DNA of 64,000 nucleotides from an uncultured Acidobacteriota bacterium (GCA_963709315.1 CAVPWC010000003.1:139969-203968); one strand, 5' to 3'; positions 30,555 through 40,146 are shown, counted from the stretch's first letter. Notes: a model not told the origin generated them from the sequence alone. Made by a program: numbers and translations.

Positions 30555-31103
30555 TCACCCAGGCTTGTGGTCGGGAACGGATTCACCGGCGCGGAAAAGC
30601 GCGGCAGGCGCGATTTTCTTGCGGTCGGCCAAGGCGGACGCGATCGATTCCAGGTCTTTCCTGTCAAAACCCATGCAACTGACTTTCACGATGCCATCCG
30701 GCTCGATCAAAAAGATCGTTGGGACATTGGTGAGCCCGTAGGCATTCGACGCGACGTAGCCTTTTTGTTTTTCATCGAGGGCCATCGGGAAAGTTACGCC
30801 GAACTCTTTGGCAAAATCTTTTGTGTCGCGGGCATCGTCTTGCGAGATTCCGAGGAACGTGACGCCGTCGCCGCCATAGCGCTTGTAAAGGCGCTCGAGG
30901 TACGGGAACGTAAATTGGCAGACGGGGCAGGATATTTTGAAGAACGCAGCGACAACGGGGCCGCGCTCGAGCAACCCGGTGAGCGAAACTTCCTTTCCAT
31001 CGAGAGTCTTTAAAGAAAAATCAGGTGCTGTATTTCCGGCAACGATGTTCGTCATGGTCCCTTCCGAACCCATCCAGCGTTTGAGCCGCCGCAAGATTCC
31101 CAT
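30540..31103 (-). CDS. AhpC/TSA/TlpA-like redoxin (CPVC), probable selenoprotein with C-terminal PG-U-GSKN (ends at 30555 if the UGA is a true stop)
   Basis: APDFSL, FFKISCPVCQFTFP, GISQD, LTNVPTIFLI; in-frame TGA 30557-30555 followed by GGT TCG AAA AAT TAG. Confidence 0.85.
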
Positions 31104-31218
31104 CGATTCATCTTAGCGCAACGGCGCAAGAGGAGCCGGTTCGCGATGCTCCTCGGCGTGCGAATGAAACAATCTTAGCTCGGATCTTCGTCCAGCAGTC
31201 ACGGACACCGAGTCCGCA

Positions 31219-32496
31219 TCAGTGAATTTGCTTCGTTTTGCGCTGCATGTAATCCATCAACAAATATTGGCCGAGGGTGTAAGGCGTCGTGAAGTAGGCC
31301 TTGCCGCGGCACATCTCGGTGATTTTTTGGACGAAGTGGACCAGGCTGTAATCGCTCGCAAGCATGAACGTGTTAATCATGATGCCCGCGCGCTTGCATT
31401 TGTTCACTTCTTCGAGCGTCTGCCCGACAACGAAAGGATCGAGCCCGAACGCATTTTTGTAGATGCGGCCGTCTTCGAGCGTTAAGGCGGAGGGCTTTCC
31501 GTCGGTGATCATGATGATTTGCCGCATGTCTTTTTTTTGCCGAAGCAGAATGCGTTGCGCCAGGCGAAGTCCTTCGCGCGTGTTGGTGTAGTAGGGCCCG
31601 ACTTGAACGCGGGCGAGTTCGCCGAGAGGGACTTCTTCCGCGCTATCGTGGAATAGCACGAGGCTGAGAGTGTCCCCCGGATATTGCGTGCGAATCAGAT
31701 GCGAGAGCGCCATGGCCACGCGTTTCGCCGGGGTGAAGCGATCCTCGCCATAAAGAATCATGCTGTGACTGCAATCCAAAAGTACGACCGTGGCGCACGA
31801 GCTGTGATATTCGCACTGGTGAACCATCAGGTCCGAATAGGTCATTTCGATCGGAACTTTTGCGCCCTGGCGGCGGACGGCGTTGAAAAGAGTTTCGCTG
31901 ATGTCGAGATTTAGCGTGTCGCCAAATTCGTAAGGACGGGAGATGCCGCCGGATTCGATGCCGGTCGAAAGGTCGCGCGTATCGTGACGCCCGAAACTGC
32001 TCCGGCCCAGCGAACCGAGCAGATCCTGCAGAGTTTTGAAGCCGAGGAAGTCGATTGTTTTGTCCGTGATTTCAAAACGCGCTTCCGGCTGCTTTTCGTG
32101 AGGCTGGCCGACTTGGCCGCGCGCCGAAGTTTGCGGAGGCGGCGTCACTTGCGGCGGTTGCTGCGGGTTGATGAAGCCCTCCTGGGCGAGCCGCTCCATC
32201 AATTTCTCGATGAGATCGCGTATACCTTGGCTGTTTTGCGCGTCGGAATGTTGAAGCATCTCGCGAAGCTCTTCGCTCATTGCATCTTGCGGAAGTAGAT
32301 CGCCCTCCTGCAAGGCGCGAAGGATGGCTTCGCGCAGCGCTTCCATCGAACGGTCGGGGTCCATCGGGGAAACGCCGTAGTATTGCGATTCGAAGCCGCT
32401 TTGCAGGAAAAAATCGCCCATGCGTTTGACGAGCTCTTCCAGATCGACAGCGTCGGCTGGTTCGCCCGTGTATTTTCCGTAGCGAATGAATTTCAT
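31219..32496 (-). CDS. VWA domain-containing protein
   Basis: MIDAS motif [22 protein letters not shown]. Confidence 0.9.
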   Translation of the reverse strand: MKFIRYGKYTGEPADAVDLEELVKRMGDFFLQSGFESQYYGVSPMDPDRSMEALREAILRALQEGDLLPQDAMSEELREMLQHSDAQNSQGIRDLIEKLMERLAQEGFINPQQPPQVTPPPQTSARGQVGQPHEKQPEARFEITDKTIDFLGFKTLQDLLGSLGRSSFGRHDTRDLSTGIESGGISRPYEFGDTLNLDISETLFNAVRRQGAKVPIEMTYSDLMVHQCEYHSSCATVVLLDCSHSMILYGEDRFTPAKRVAMALSHLIRTQYPGDTLSLVLFHDSAEEVPLGELARVQVGPYYTNTREGLRLAQRILLRQKKDMRQIIMITDGKPSALTLEDGRIYKNAFGLDPFVVGQTLEEVNKCKRAGIMINTFMLASDYSLVHFVQKITEMCRGKAYFTTPYTLGQYLLMDYMQRKTKQIH

Positions 32497-32604
32497 CGGG
32501 CAGACCTCGGAGCGCTGACGGTCCTCGGTTCATGGTTCATGCACAGGAAAAACGAAACATGCGCTGAGCGGAAGCGAAGGTCGAATTGTCGCGTAGCGCG
32601 CATG

Positions 32605-34119
32605 TCAGTTGAACTGGCGTCGCGGTGGCCTGCCAGGGTTTTCTCGTTCACGTGGCTCGGGCTGCTTAGGCTTGTCCGCGTAGAAACCGCGTTCCTCGCT
32701 GCGGCCGATGCGGCGATGGGCCCACAGCCCTTCGAGAATCATTTCCGCGGCGGATGCGGCAGCGCCGGCATCCTTGCGGTCCTGGACTCCAAGGCGGCCG
32801 ATGTGTTCCATCAAGCCCTGGATTTTTGAAAGCTGATGGTAGCGGTCGGGAGTTGTGGCAAGCTCGGGAAGTTTCAGTTCGCCGCCGATTTCAAACCATT
32901 GGATCACCGGCTGAAAATTGACTTCGGCGAAATGTTTGCTGAACACTCGCCCGACGGCGGTGCGGATCAGTTCGCGCGCGACGGTGTCGGCGCCTTTAAG
33001 CTCGCCCTCGTATTCGAGTTCGAGTTTCCCGGTGATGGCGGGAAGAGAAGAGTAGACATCGGCGATGCGTGCGACGACGGCTTTTTCGCCAGTACGCGCG
33101 GCGCGCTGCTCGGCGCTGCTTACGAGGCTTTCGAGAGTGGTGATGGGAAGGCGCTGGCTGACACCGGAGCGGCGATCCACGCGCTTATCTTCCCGAGCTT
33201 GAAAAGCAATCTCTTCCACGACGTTGCGAAGGTAAGCGGGAACTTCGACCTTGCGCCCAATATCGCGCGCAACCCAGGCTTCTTGCGCCGTGATGGCCAT
33301 GCCCTCTTCGAGCGTGGAAGGGTAGTGCGTGCGAATTTCCGCGCCGATGCGGTCCTTGAGCGGAGTGATGATTTTGCCGCGCGCAGTGTAATCCTCGGGA
33401 TTTGCCGTGAAGACCAGAAGCACATCGAGAGGCAGGCGCAGCGGGTAGCCCTTAATCTGGATGTCGCCTTCCTGCATGATGTTGAACAAACCGACCTGAA
33501 TTTTCCCCGCGAGGTCGGGAAGCTCATTGATCGCGAAAATTCCGCGATTGGCGCGTGGCAGCAATCCATAGTGGATGGTCAACTCGTCCGAAAGATCGCG
33601 GCCGCCGCGAGCAGCGCGTATGGGATCGACGTCGCCGATAATGTCGGCCATGGTCACGTCGGGCGTCGCGAGCTTCTCGACGTAGCGATGATCGCGGGGC
33701 ATCCAGGCGATAGCCGTGCTGTCGCCCTCGGCGGCGATTTTCTCGCGACAGGCGCGGCAAATCGGGCGAAGCGGGTCGTCGTTGATTTCGCAGCCGGCGA
33801 CGACGGGAATTTCCGGATCGAGGAATTGTGCCAGCCCGCGCAGAATGCGGCTCTTGGCTTGGCCGCGAAGACCCAGCAGAATGAAATTATGGCGTGAGAG
33901 CAAGGCGTTGATGATTTGCGGGATCACCGTGTCTTCGTAGCCGTGCACGCCGGAGAAGAGCGGCTCGTTTTTTTCGATCATGCGCAAGAGGTTTTGGCGC
34001 ATCTCGTTTTTCACGGAGCGTGAAACAGCCTGCGCGTCGAAGTCCGGGATGCGCTTAAGCTCGCCAAGAGTGCGAGCTTTCGGATGCGCTGAAGGTTGCA
34101 ACGATGTGCTCACTGTCAT
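32605..34119 (-). CDS. AAA+ ATPase, Mg-chelatase ChlI/MoxR-like
   Basis: Walker A GLRGQAKS, Walker B variant IFAINE, VFTANPEDY, PLKDRIG; ATG 34119 chosen over the 34308 extension. Confidence 0.88.
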   Translation of the reverse strand: MTVSTSLQPSAHPKARTLGELKRIPDFDAQAVSRSVKNEMRQNLLRMIEKNEPLFSGVHGYEDTVIPQIINALLSRHNFILLGLRGQAKSRILRGLAQFLDPEIPVVAGCEINDDPLRPICRACREKIAAEGDSTAIAWMPRDHRYVEKLATPDVTMADIIGDVDPIRAARGGRDLSDELTIHYGLLPRANRGIFAINELPDLAGKIQVGLFNIMQEGDIQIKGYPLRLPLDVLLVFTANPEDYTARGKIITPLKDRIGAEIRTHYPSTLEEGMAITAQEAWVARDIGRKVEVPAYLRNVVEEIAFQAREDKRVDRRSGVSQRLPITTLESLVSSAEQRAARTGEKAVVARIADVYSSLPAITGKLELEYEGELKGADTVARELIRTAVGRVFSKHFAEVNFQPVIQWFEIGGELKLPELATTPDRYHQLSKIQGLMEHIGRLGVQDRKDAGAAASAAEMILEGLWAHRRIGRSEERGFYADKPKQPEPRERENPGRPPRRQFN

Positions 34120-34163
34120 GAAGCCCCGTTCCGCGTCCCCGGAAAAAGAGGACGCCTCGAATG

Positions 34164-34784
34164 CTAATTCAATGCGTGTCCATTGCCACCGGCGCGCTGG
34201 CGCATGACCCCTGTCTTCTGTAGATGCGGCGCCCAGGCACGGAGATACCCGACGAGCCGTTCCTGACGGTCCCCCTCCGTCCGAAGTTCGAGGATTTGTT
34301 GCTTCCACATCAGGTCCATCGGCAAACTGCCCGCAACAATAAAAGAAAGTTGGGTGGACTGCTCGCCTTCGGTATTTTTGGGATAATCCTCATAAATGAG
34401 CGTGTAGCAGGTTTCGTAGAGCTCGACCAATTCATGCTGCAAGGTTGCGCTGGTTTCGGAGTCTCGGTCTTCAAGATAGTCCACCTGGCCCTCGGCGAGT
34501 GGATTCTCGTCGAAAAATTCAATGACCCGAAATGGTTCACGGCCCACCGCCAGAATGTCCAGAGTGCCATCGGCATTGCGGTTGGCCACCTCGATGATTT
34601 CCGCGCTGCAGCCGACGCGCACAACACCTTTGGGGAGAGCAAGAAGAATGCCGAATTCGGACTTATCCTTCAAGCAGCGGCTGACCATCTCCAGATAGCG
34701 TGGCTCGAAGATGTGCAGAGGAAGGTCCGCGCCGGGGAGAAGAACGACGTTGAGTGGAAAGAGCGGAATGCGATCTGGCCGCAT
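34164..34784 (-). CDS. stand-alone Lon N-terminal (substrate-binding) domain protein
   Basis: IPLFPLNVVLLPG..LPLHIFEPRY..MV, VGCSAEI, KQQILE. Confidence 0.9.
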   Translation of the reverse strand: MRPDRIPLFPLNVVLLPGADLPLHIFEPRYLEMVSRCLKDKSEFGILLALPKGVVRVGCSAEIIEVANRNADGTLDILAVGREPFRVIEFFDENPLAEGQVDYLEDRDSETSATLQHELVELYETCYTLIYEDYPKNTEGEQSTQLSFIVAGSLPMDLMWKQQILELRTEGDRQERLVGYLRAWAPHLQKTGVMRQRAGGNGHALN

Positions 34785-34969
34785 TGTTCCAGCCCAAATG
34801 ATACCAGACGGAGGCGCGTTCTGAGTGACGAGCCGTGAAGAGTCTTGGGGAGCAAGGGCACTCCTGGGTAGTCGAGTCCCAATTGCCTCTTTTTCGGAAG
34901 TCTGTTACGCAGACGAGAGTGGTAAGCTGGCGGCGTTTCCGCTGACAAAGAGAAGAAGGAGAGCATCTA

Positions 34970-35818
34970 GTGGATAGGAAAAAGAAGCTTTCGTGCGTCG
35001 TGTATAGCGGTTGCTTGATCGTTGCGATGCTTATGTGTGGAGTGCAGGTATTTGCGCAGTCTGCGGCGCCGCCAGCTCCGAGCCAGAACGCCAAGCTAGC
35101 GGATCCGGCGGAAGCCTATTGGGAACAACTGACGCCTTACGAAAAATCGCAGATCGAACATATGTACGCCGATTGGGCCTTCCTCGCGAAATTCCGCGAA
35201 GCGAATAAGGAGCTGCCGCCTCCTGTAGCGGCCGAGGCCCGCGTAGTGTTCATGGGCGATTCGATCACGGAAGGCTGGGGCATGAAGGCCACGGCAACAT
35301 CGCCGGCCCGCGGCGAGTTTTTCCCCGGAAAGCCTTACATCAACCGCGGCATCTCTGGGCAGACAACGCCACAAATGCTGGTGCGTTTCCGGCAGGACGT
35401 GATCGAGCTGAAACCGAAAGCGGTTTTGATTCTTGCGGGCATAAATGATATCGCTGAGAACACGGGAAAAATGACCCTGGGAGAAATTGAAGGCAACATA
35501 GAGTCCATGAGCGAACTTGCCCGGGCGAGTAAGATTCATCCCGTACTGTGTTCCGTGTTGCCGGCAAGCGATTTTCCTTGGCACAAAGGACTGGAACCTG
35601 CGCCCAAAGTCAGAGCGCTGAATGCGTGGATCAAGGAGTATGCCGCGAAAAATGACTTCGTTTATGTCGACTACTATTCAGCCATGGCGAACAGCGAAGG
35701 CGGAATGAGAGATGGTCTAAGCCTGGACGGCGTGCATCCGAACAAAGCGGGCTACGATATCATGGCGCCCCTTGCCGAAGCCGGGATCGCAGCGGCTTTG
35801 AAACAGCCGGTTCATTGA
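34970..35818 (+). CDS. SGNH/GDSL family hydrolase, exported
   Basis: FMGDSIT, NRGISGQTT, ILAGINDI, DGVHPN; AAGGAG SD. Confidence 0.93.
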   Translation: MDRKKKLSCVVYSGCLIVAMLMCGVQVFAQSAAPPAPSQNAKLADPAEAYWEQLTPYEKSQIEHMYADWAFLAKFREANKELPPPVAAEARVVFMGDSITEGWGMKATATSPARGEFFPGKPYINRGISGQTTPQMLVRFRQDVIELKPKAVLILAGINDIAENTGKMTLGEIEGNIESMSELARASKIHPVLCSVLPASDFPWHKGLEPAPKVRALNAWIKEYAAKNDFVYVDYYSAMANSEGGMRDGLSLDGVHPNKAGYDIMAPLAEAGIAAALKQPVH

Positions 35819-35909
35819 GAAGAAGTTACGGCACAGAGGCGACGGCCGGTGCAATCTCTCGAAACGTACAAATTATTCCGATTTGCAACCGATCGTGAAC
35901 TTGGCGACT

Positions 35910-36233
35910 TCAGGCGAGCTCGCTGAGAAGAGTTTCCATTTCTGAGCGCGCGTGTTCGTCGCCTTTTTGGGCAGCCGCGGCGATGCCTGCGGAGAGAATT
36001 TTGCGGGCTTCGTCGTTGCGGGATTCGCGGGCGAGTAGCTGGCCGTACATCAGATATGCTGGAATGTAATTCGCGTTGCGTGCAAGCAACGCGCTAAAGT
36101 GACCGTCGGCAGCGGCAGGATCGCCGCTGTTCATGCACTCCATCGCGAGGCCGTAACGGGAGAAGGCGTCGTCGGGTTTTGTGGCGACAAACTCTTCAAG
36201 CATCTGGCGGCGGGTTTTCTTTTGGTCGGTCAT
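35910..36233 (-). CDS. tetratricopeptide repeat protein
   Basis: PDDAFSRYGLAME, YIPAYLMYGQLL, GDEHARSEM; GGGAG SD and TATAAT upstream. Confidence 0.85.
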   Translation of the reverse strand: MTDQKKTRRQMLEEFVATKPDDAFSRYGLAMECMNSGDPAAADGHFSALLARNANYIPAYLMYGQLLARESRNDEARKILSAGIAAAAQKGDEHARSEMETLLSELA

Positions 36234-36241
36234 GGTTGGCT

Positions 36242-36256
36242 CCCGTATTATACGGG
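36242..36256 (-). promoter_or_regulatory. TATAAT -10 box of the TPR gene embedded in a dyad
   Basis: CCCGTAT-T-ATACGGG; minus-strand TATAAT at 36252-36247. Confidence 0.45.
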
Positions 36257-36341
36257 GAGTGCCGTGGAAAAAGAATTTTACACAGAGGGCACTAACAGCC
36301 CAGAGAATACGGATAAGAGATTGACGAGAAGCGGGGAGCGA

Positions 36342-36878
36342 ATGAAGCGAGAACAGCTTGTGAAGAGTGAGATGAGCGGAGATTTGGCGCTGAAGGGCAA
36401 GCCGGTGAGCGCCTCCAGATCCGAGATGACCGAAATTGTGCTGCCGGCGCAAACAAATCCGCTGGGGAAATTGCTGGGCGGGCAGGTGATGCATTTGGTG
36501 GACATGGTTGCCGCTATGGCGGCGCACCGGCACTCGAACAGTTATGTGGTGACGGCGTCGGTGGACTACATCGATTTTCGCAACCCTATAAATCTGGGTG
36601 AGATCGTTAATCTGAAGTCGCAGGTGAACCGCGTATTTCGGACGTCGATGGAAGTAGGCGTCGAAGTGTATTCGGAAAATGCGATGACGGCGGAGCGGAA
36701 GCACACCACTACAGCGTATGTAACGTTTGTGGCCATCGATGAAAATACCAAGTTGCCGAAGCGTGTTGCACCACTGATCCTGAAAACGGCGGAGGAGCGG
36801 CGGCGTTTTCGCGAGGCGGCAAAACGGCGCGAGGCTCGGCTGGCTTTGCGTTACGGCAAGAAACTTCAATCACGCTGA
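36342..36878 (+). CDS. acyl-CoA thioesterase (HotDog fold)
   Basis: MTEIVLP..TNPLG.LLGG..MHLVD, VTASVDYIDF, SMEVGVEV, AYVTFVAID; start could be 36372. Confidence 0.92.
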   Translation: MKREQLVKSEMSGDLALKGKPVSASRSEMTEIVLPAQTNPLGKLLGGQVMHLVDMVAAMAAHRHSNSYVVTASVDYIDFRNPINLGEIVNLKSQVNRVFRTSMEVGVEVYSENAMTAERKHTTTAYVTFVAIDENTKLPKRVAPLILKTAEERRRFREAAKRREARLALRYGKKLQSR

Positions 36879-36946
36879 AAACCAAATTGCTTTTTTCACC
36901 AACGCCCGATTGCGTAATTCACAACATGTGTGCGTGCTGCTGGCGT

Positions 36947-36970
36947 GGGCACGATGTATCGTGCCCCTAC
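36947..36970 (-). repeat. GTAG-type REP-like palindrome
   Basis: Minus strand GTAG-GGGCACGAT-AC-ATCGTGCCC between convergent genes. Confidence 0.75.
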
Positions 36971-37051
36971 CAAGAATTTGGTGAGATAAGACGCCTGTCT
37001 TGACCACGGATAGATTGTTGTGCTTGGTGCGTTCAAAGCTAGCGAACCGAA

Positions 37052-37858
37052 TTAGCTGACGCCGCCGACCCAGCGCGGCGTTTCGGTCGGCCAGGGACTG
37101 CCGCCTTCCGGCTCTTCGGTGATGGCGATAGCCTTGGTGGCGTTCATGGATTCCGGCGGATTCGAGACCAATAGAACGAATTTCCCATTGGCATCCGGCC
37201 AAGTCATCATCGAGGGCATGGGCTTGGCTTTCGGATCTTTGGGAATGAACCACAATTGCAAAACATGATGCGGGGATGGCATGGGAATATTTTCTCCCAT
37301 CACTACGATGCCTAGTTTCGGATTCCACTTGGCTTCAAGCTGCATTCCTTGCACGTTTTTGCCGACCGGAGCAATTTTCACGGAGCTGGGATCCATCATA
37401 ATCATAGCTTCGCGCTTGGCTTGGGCAAGCTGCAGCTCGGCGTTTTGGCGCTGTTGTAGAAGCGCGGCCGCGCGTTCGTTGGACTCCCGAATTTCGCTTT
37501 GCAATCGGCGCATGTTCCATGTCGAGTAGATCGAAAAGACCAGGAGCGCGGCGACGGCCGCCCAGAGCCAGAATGGAATGGCGCTCTTCGCGGGCATCGC
37601 ATGCGGCTTCGCCACCGAATGAGCTTGCGCTTCGGCGCGGACCGTTTGCATAAGGCGGCCCTTGAGCATGTCGGAGGGTGCCGCTTCGGGAGCGGCGTAA
37701 GCGAGTTGGCTGACAAGCCAGCGCGCTTCTTCGACGGCTTTGGCACAATCGGCGCAGCCCGTCGCAAGATGCGCTTCGAGCGCGGCGCGCTCTTCGGGAT
37801 CTAGCGCACCGAGTGCGTGGGCTTCGATCAATTCACGAAATTGGTCGCAGTTCTTCAC
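37052..37858 (-). CDS. anti-sigma factor, RskA-like, with zinc-binding N-terminus
   Basis: HALGAL...E..A.EAHLATGCADC, one TM helix, LQLWFIP, AIAITEEPEGGS..PT. Confidence 0.9.
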   Translation of the reverse strand: MKNCDQFRELIEAHALGALDPEERAALEAHLATGCADCAKAVEEARWLVSQLAYAAPEAAPSDMLKGRLMQTVRAEAQAHSVAKPHAMPAKSAIPFWLWAAVAALLVFSIYSTWNMRRLQSEIRESNERAAALLQQRQNAELQLAQAKREAMIMMDPSSVKIAPVGKNVQGMQLEAKWNPKLGIVVMGENIPMPSPHHVLQLWFIPKDPKAKPMPSMMTWPDANGKFVLLVSNPPESMNATKAIAITEEPEGGSPWPTETPRWVGGVS

Positions 37859-38442
37859 GTTGTTGCCTGCAATCCTTCTCTCAAGCGAATCAAACCGTTG
37901 CGAATCCAGCTTTTCACCGTGCCAAGAGGTTCCTTCAGGGCCGTGGCAATTTCCGAATGGCTTAAGCCTTCAAAGTAAGCAAGCTCGATGGCTTTTTTCT
38001 GCTGCGGAGCGAGCGAAGCCATTAAAGAGCGAACGCGTTCCGCGCGGCGTTTTTCGTCGAGAAGCTTTTCGTAATCGGGCGCGACGAGGACGGAAGGTAA
38101 GTCGTCAGGCAGATCCTCGCGGCGGCGCTGTCGCTCGCTTTTCAGGCGCAGGTGATCGAGGGCGCGATTGCGCGCCATGGTACACAGCCAAGGAACAAAA
38201 GGGCCGCGCGAGGAATCGTACTGATCGGCGTTGCGCCAGAGCTGGAGAAATACGTCCTGAACGACCTCTTCGGAGGTCGAGGCATGTTGAAGGATGCGCA
38301 GAACCAGGCCGTAGACGAGGCGCGAGTGGCGATCGTAAAGCTGTTCAAAAGCGCTCACGTCTTTTTGAAGAAGGCGCGTCAGCAGCGTCGCGTCTGGCGA
38401 CACTTCGCGGGGACCGCTGGATGTGAAAGCCGCCAGGAACAC
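37855..38442 (-). CDS. ECF RNA polymerase sigma factor (SigK-like)
   Basis: AFEQLYDRHS, EEVVQDVFLQLW, MARNRALD, ELAYFEGLSHSEIA..L..PLGTVKSWIR. Confidence 0.93.
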   Translation of the reverse strand: MFLAAFTSSGPREVSPDATLLTRLLQKDVSAFEQLYDRHSRLVYGLVLRILQHASTSEEVVQDVFLQLWRNADQYDSSRGPFVPWLCTMARNRALDHLRLKSERQRRREDLPDDLPSVLVAPDYEKLLDEKRRAERVRSLMASLAPQQKKAIELAYFEGLSHSEIATALKEPLGTVKSWIRNGLIRLREGLQATT

Positions 38443-38473
38443 GAGAGTCGGCTTCTTCCTCTCCTCAAAGACT

Positions 38474-38500
38474 ATACGGCAGAAACGGCGTTTCGGATGA
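38474..38500 (-). promoter_or_regulatory. probable autoregulated ECF promoter
   Basis: Minus strand TCATCC-N15-CCGTAT, 31 nt upstream of the sigma start codon. Confidence 0.5.
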
Positions 38501-38531
38501 CGGCTTGGTGTTGGCCTCCGTCATCGCGGAC

Positions 38532-39920
38532 TTACCCCTGAGACGCGGCGCGAATTTCTTCGGCCACGGCGAGGGATCGTTCGATGCAGGCGCCGATGGC
38601 CGGGCCGCGCAGGTAGTTTCCCGCGAACCAGAGATTCTCGCAACGAGAGCCAAATTCGGATGGACGCGCCGTGCGATCGAGATGGCCGAGATTGTATTGG
38701 GGAAGAGCGCGTTCATAGAGCTGAACATTTGCAAAAACAGGAGGCTGGCCGATGGACAGGATAAGAGCCAATTCGCGATGCACGAGGGCGACGATGTCCG
38801 CGGCCGGTAGCGACACTGCGGCCGGATCCGTAGCGCCGCCTATAAAGCTGGTTAGAAGGGCGTGGTTTTCGGGAGCGCGGCCGGGAAAGAGGGAAGAATT
38901 CCAGACGGCGCCGAGGGTGCGGAGTTTTTCGGAGCGCGGGATGAGAAAGCCGAAACCTTCGAGAGAGTGGCCGATAGCTGATTTTTCATAGCCAAGGGAA
39001 AGGACGGCGAGGGGAGCAAATTCGATTTCGTTCAGCCGGCATTCTTCCATTTGTCCAGACTCGCTGCATAAAAGTTTTGCCGCGATGTTCGGCGGCGTGG
39101 CCAGAACAAGGTGATCGGCGATGATCGAATCGTTACCTGATTCGGTTTTGACGTCGACAACGAAGCGAGCGCCTGTTTGGGGATATCCAGCGCCTCCGTG
39201 TTGAAGCGAGGTGACCTCGACCCCGCAGCGAAGAGCGGGGCCAAGATTTGCAGCTAACGCGCGGACGAGAGTTTCATTGCCACCGCGGAAGGATTGGAGC
39301 CTTTGCCGGTGTTTCGGGCCGGGTTTGGACTTTGCGGCGCGTAGCATGCCGCGGATGACGCTGCCGGCGGTGCGCTCGGCTTCGTGGAGTTGAGGGAAGG
39401 CCGCGCGGAGGCTTAGTTTTTCGGGGTCGCCGGCGTAGATGCCGGAAACGAAGGGGCCGACGAGTTTGTCGAGGAGTTCGGCGGAAAATTTGCGGCGTGT
39501 AAAGGCGGCGAAGGATTCGTCGGATTCAGGAGGGGTAGTGTGGCCTAAGAGATCGCGGAGGACGCTTGCTTTTGTGCGGACGCTGAAAAGGGAAGAAGTG
39601 AAGAAGGTGGGCGGGGTAAGCGGCGCGGGTTTTAGTTGGCCGTTGGTTAGGACGAATCTTGGCGCGCCGGGCGGAGCTTCGATTAATTCGTTTTGCATGC
39701 CGAGTTCACGGCAGAGATCGGCTAGCTGAGGAGTGCCGCTGAAACTCTGCGGGCCGAGTTCGAGGAGGTATCCTTCGCGGAATTCGGAGCGGATTACGCC
39801 GCCGGGGCGCGGCGCAGCTTCGACGATGTGGGCGTCGATGCCGGATTTGCGCAGGTAGTAGGCGCAAGCGAGGCCGGAGATTCCGGCGCCGACGATTAGA
39901 ACTGGAAGATGGGTGGTCAT
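38532..39920 (-). CDS. hemG: protoporphyrinogen/coproporphyrinogen oxidase, HemY-type
   Basis: VLIVGAGISGLA, ELGPQSF, PFVSGIYAGDPEKLS, GFGFLIP, LPQYNLGH, GNYLRGPAIGAC. Confidence 0.93.
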   Translation of the reverse strand: MTTHLPVLIVGAGISGLACAYYLRKSGIDAHIVEAAPRPGGVIRSEFREGYLLELGPQSFSGTPQLADLCRELGMQNELIEAPPGAPRFVLTNGQLKPAPLTPPTFFTSSLFSVRTKASVLRDLLGHTTPPESDESFAAFTRRKFSAELLDKLVGPFVSGIYAGDPEKLSLRAAFPQLHEAERTAGSVIRGMLRAAKSKPGPKHRQRLQSFRGGNETLVRALAANLGPALRCGVEVTSLQHGGAGYPQTGARFVVDVKTESGNDSIIADHLVLATPPNIAAKLLCSESGQMEECRLNEIEFAPLAVLSLGYEKSAIGHSLEGFGFLIPRSEKLRTLGAVWNSSLFPGRAPENHALLTSFIGGATDPAAVSLPAADIVALVHRELALILSIGQPPVFANVQLYERALPQYNLGHLDRTARPSEFGSRCENLWFAGNYLRGPAIGACIERSLAVAEEIRAASQG

Positions 39921-39943
39921 TCGTTGGCTTGGTTGCCGAGATG

Positions 39944-39967
39944 GGGCGCAGCATGCTGCGCTCCTAC
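39944..39967 (-). repeat. GTAG-type REP-like palindrome
   Basis: Minus strand GTAG-GAGCGCAGC-AT-GCTGCGCCC in the hemG leader. Confidence 0.75.
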
Positions 39968-40060
39968 GATTGGCGGCCGGAAGCCATCCTATCATCTTGA
40001 ATCGGTAGTCCCGCCCCGAGTACGGTGCGCTTCCCGACCGCATCTGGGATGAAGTGGAAG

Positions 40061-40085
40061 TCTGCACAGACTGAAGTCTGTGCCA
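40061..40085 (-). repeat. REP-like palindrome related to the 13292-13319 copy
   Basis: TCTGCACAGAC-TGAA-GTCTGTGCCA; compare TCTGCACAGC-TAAGATTG-GCTGTGCCA. Confidence 0.6.
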
Positions 40086-40146
40086 GCCTTCCCATTGGTC
40101 TTTTCCAAGCGTTGCATCTGAAAACCGCAGGGAGGGGGCGGCTTCC

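Noticed and set aside
32836-33897. 353-aa plus-strand ORF
   Set aside because: Antisense shadow of the AAA+ ATPase
31219-34119. Calling the AAA+/VWA pair a Mg- or Co-chelatase that replaces the missing ferrochelatase
   Set aside because: No ChlH/CobN catalytic subunit is visible and this ATPase-VWA family is widespread without a tetrapyrrole context
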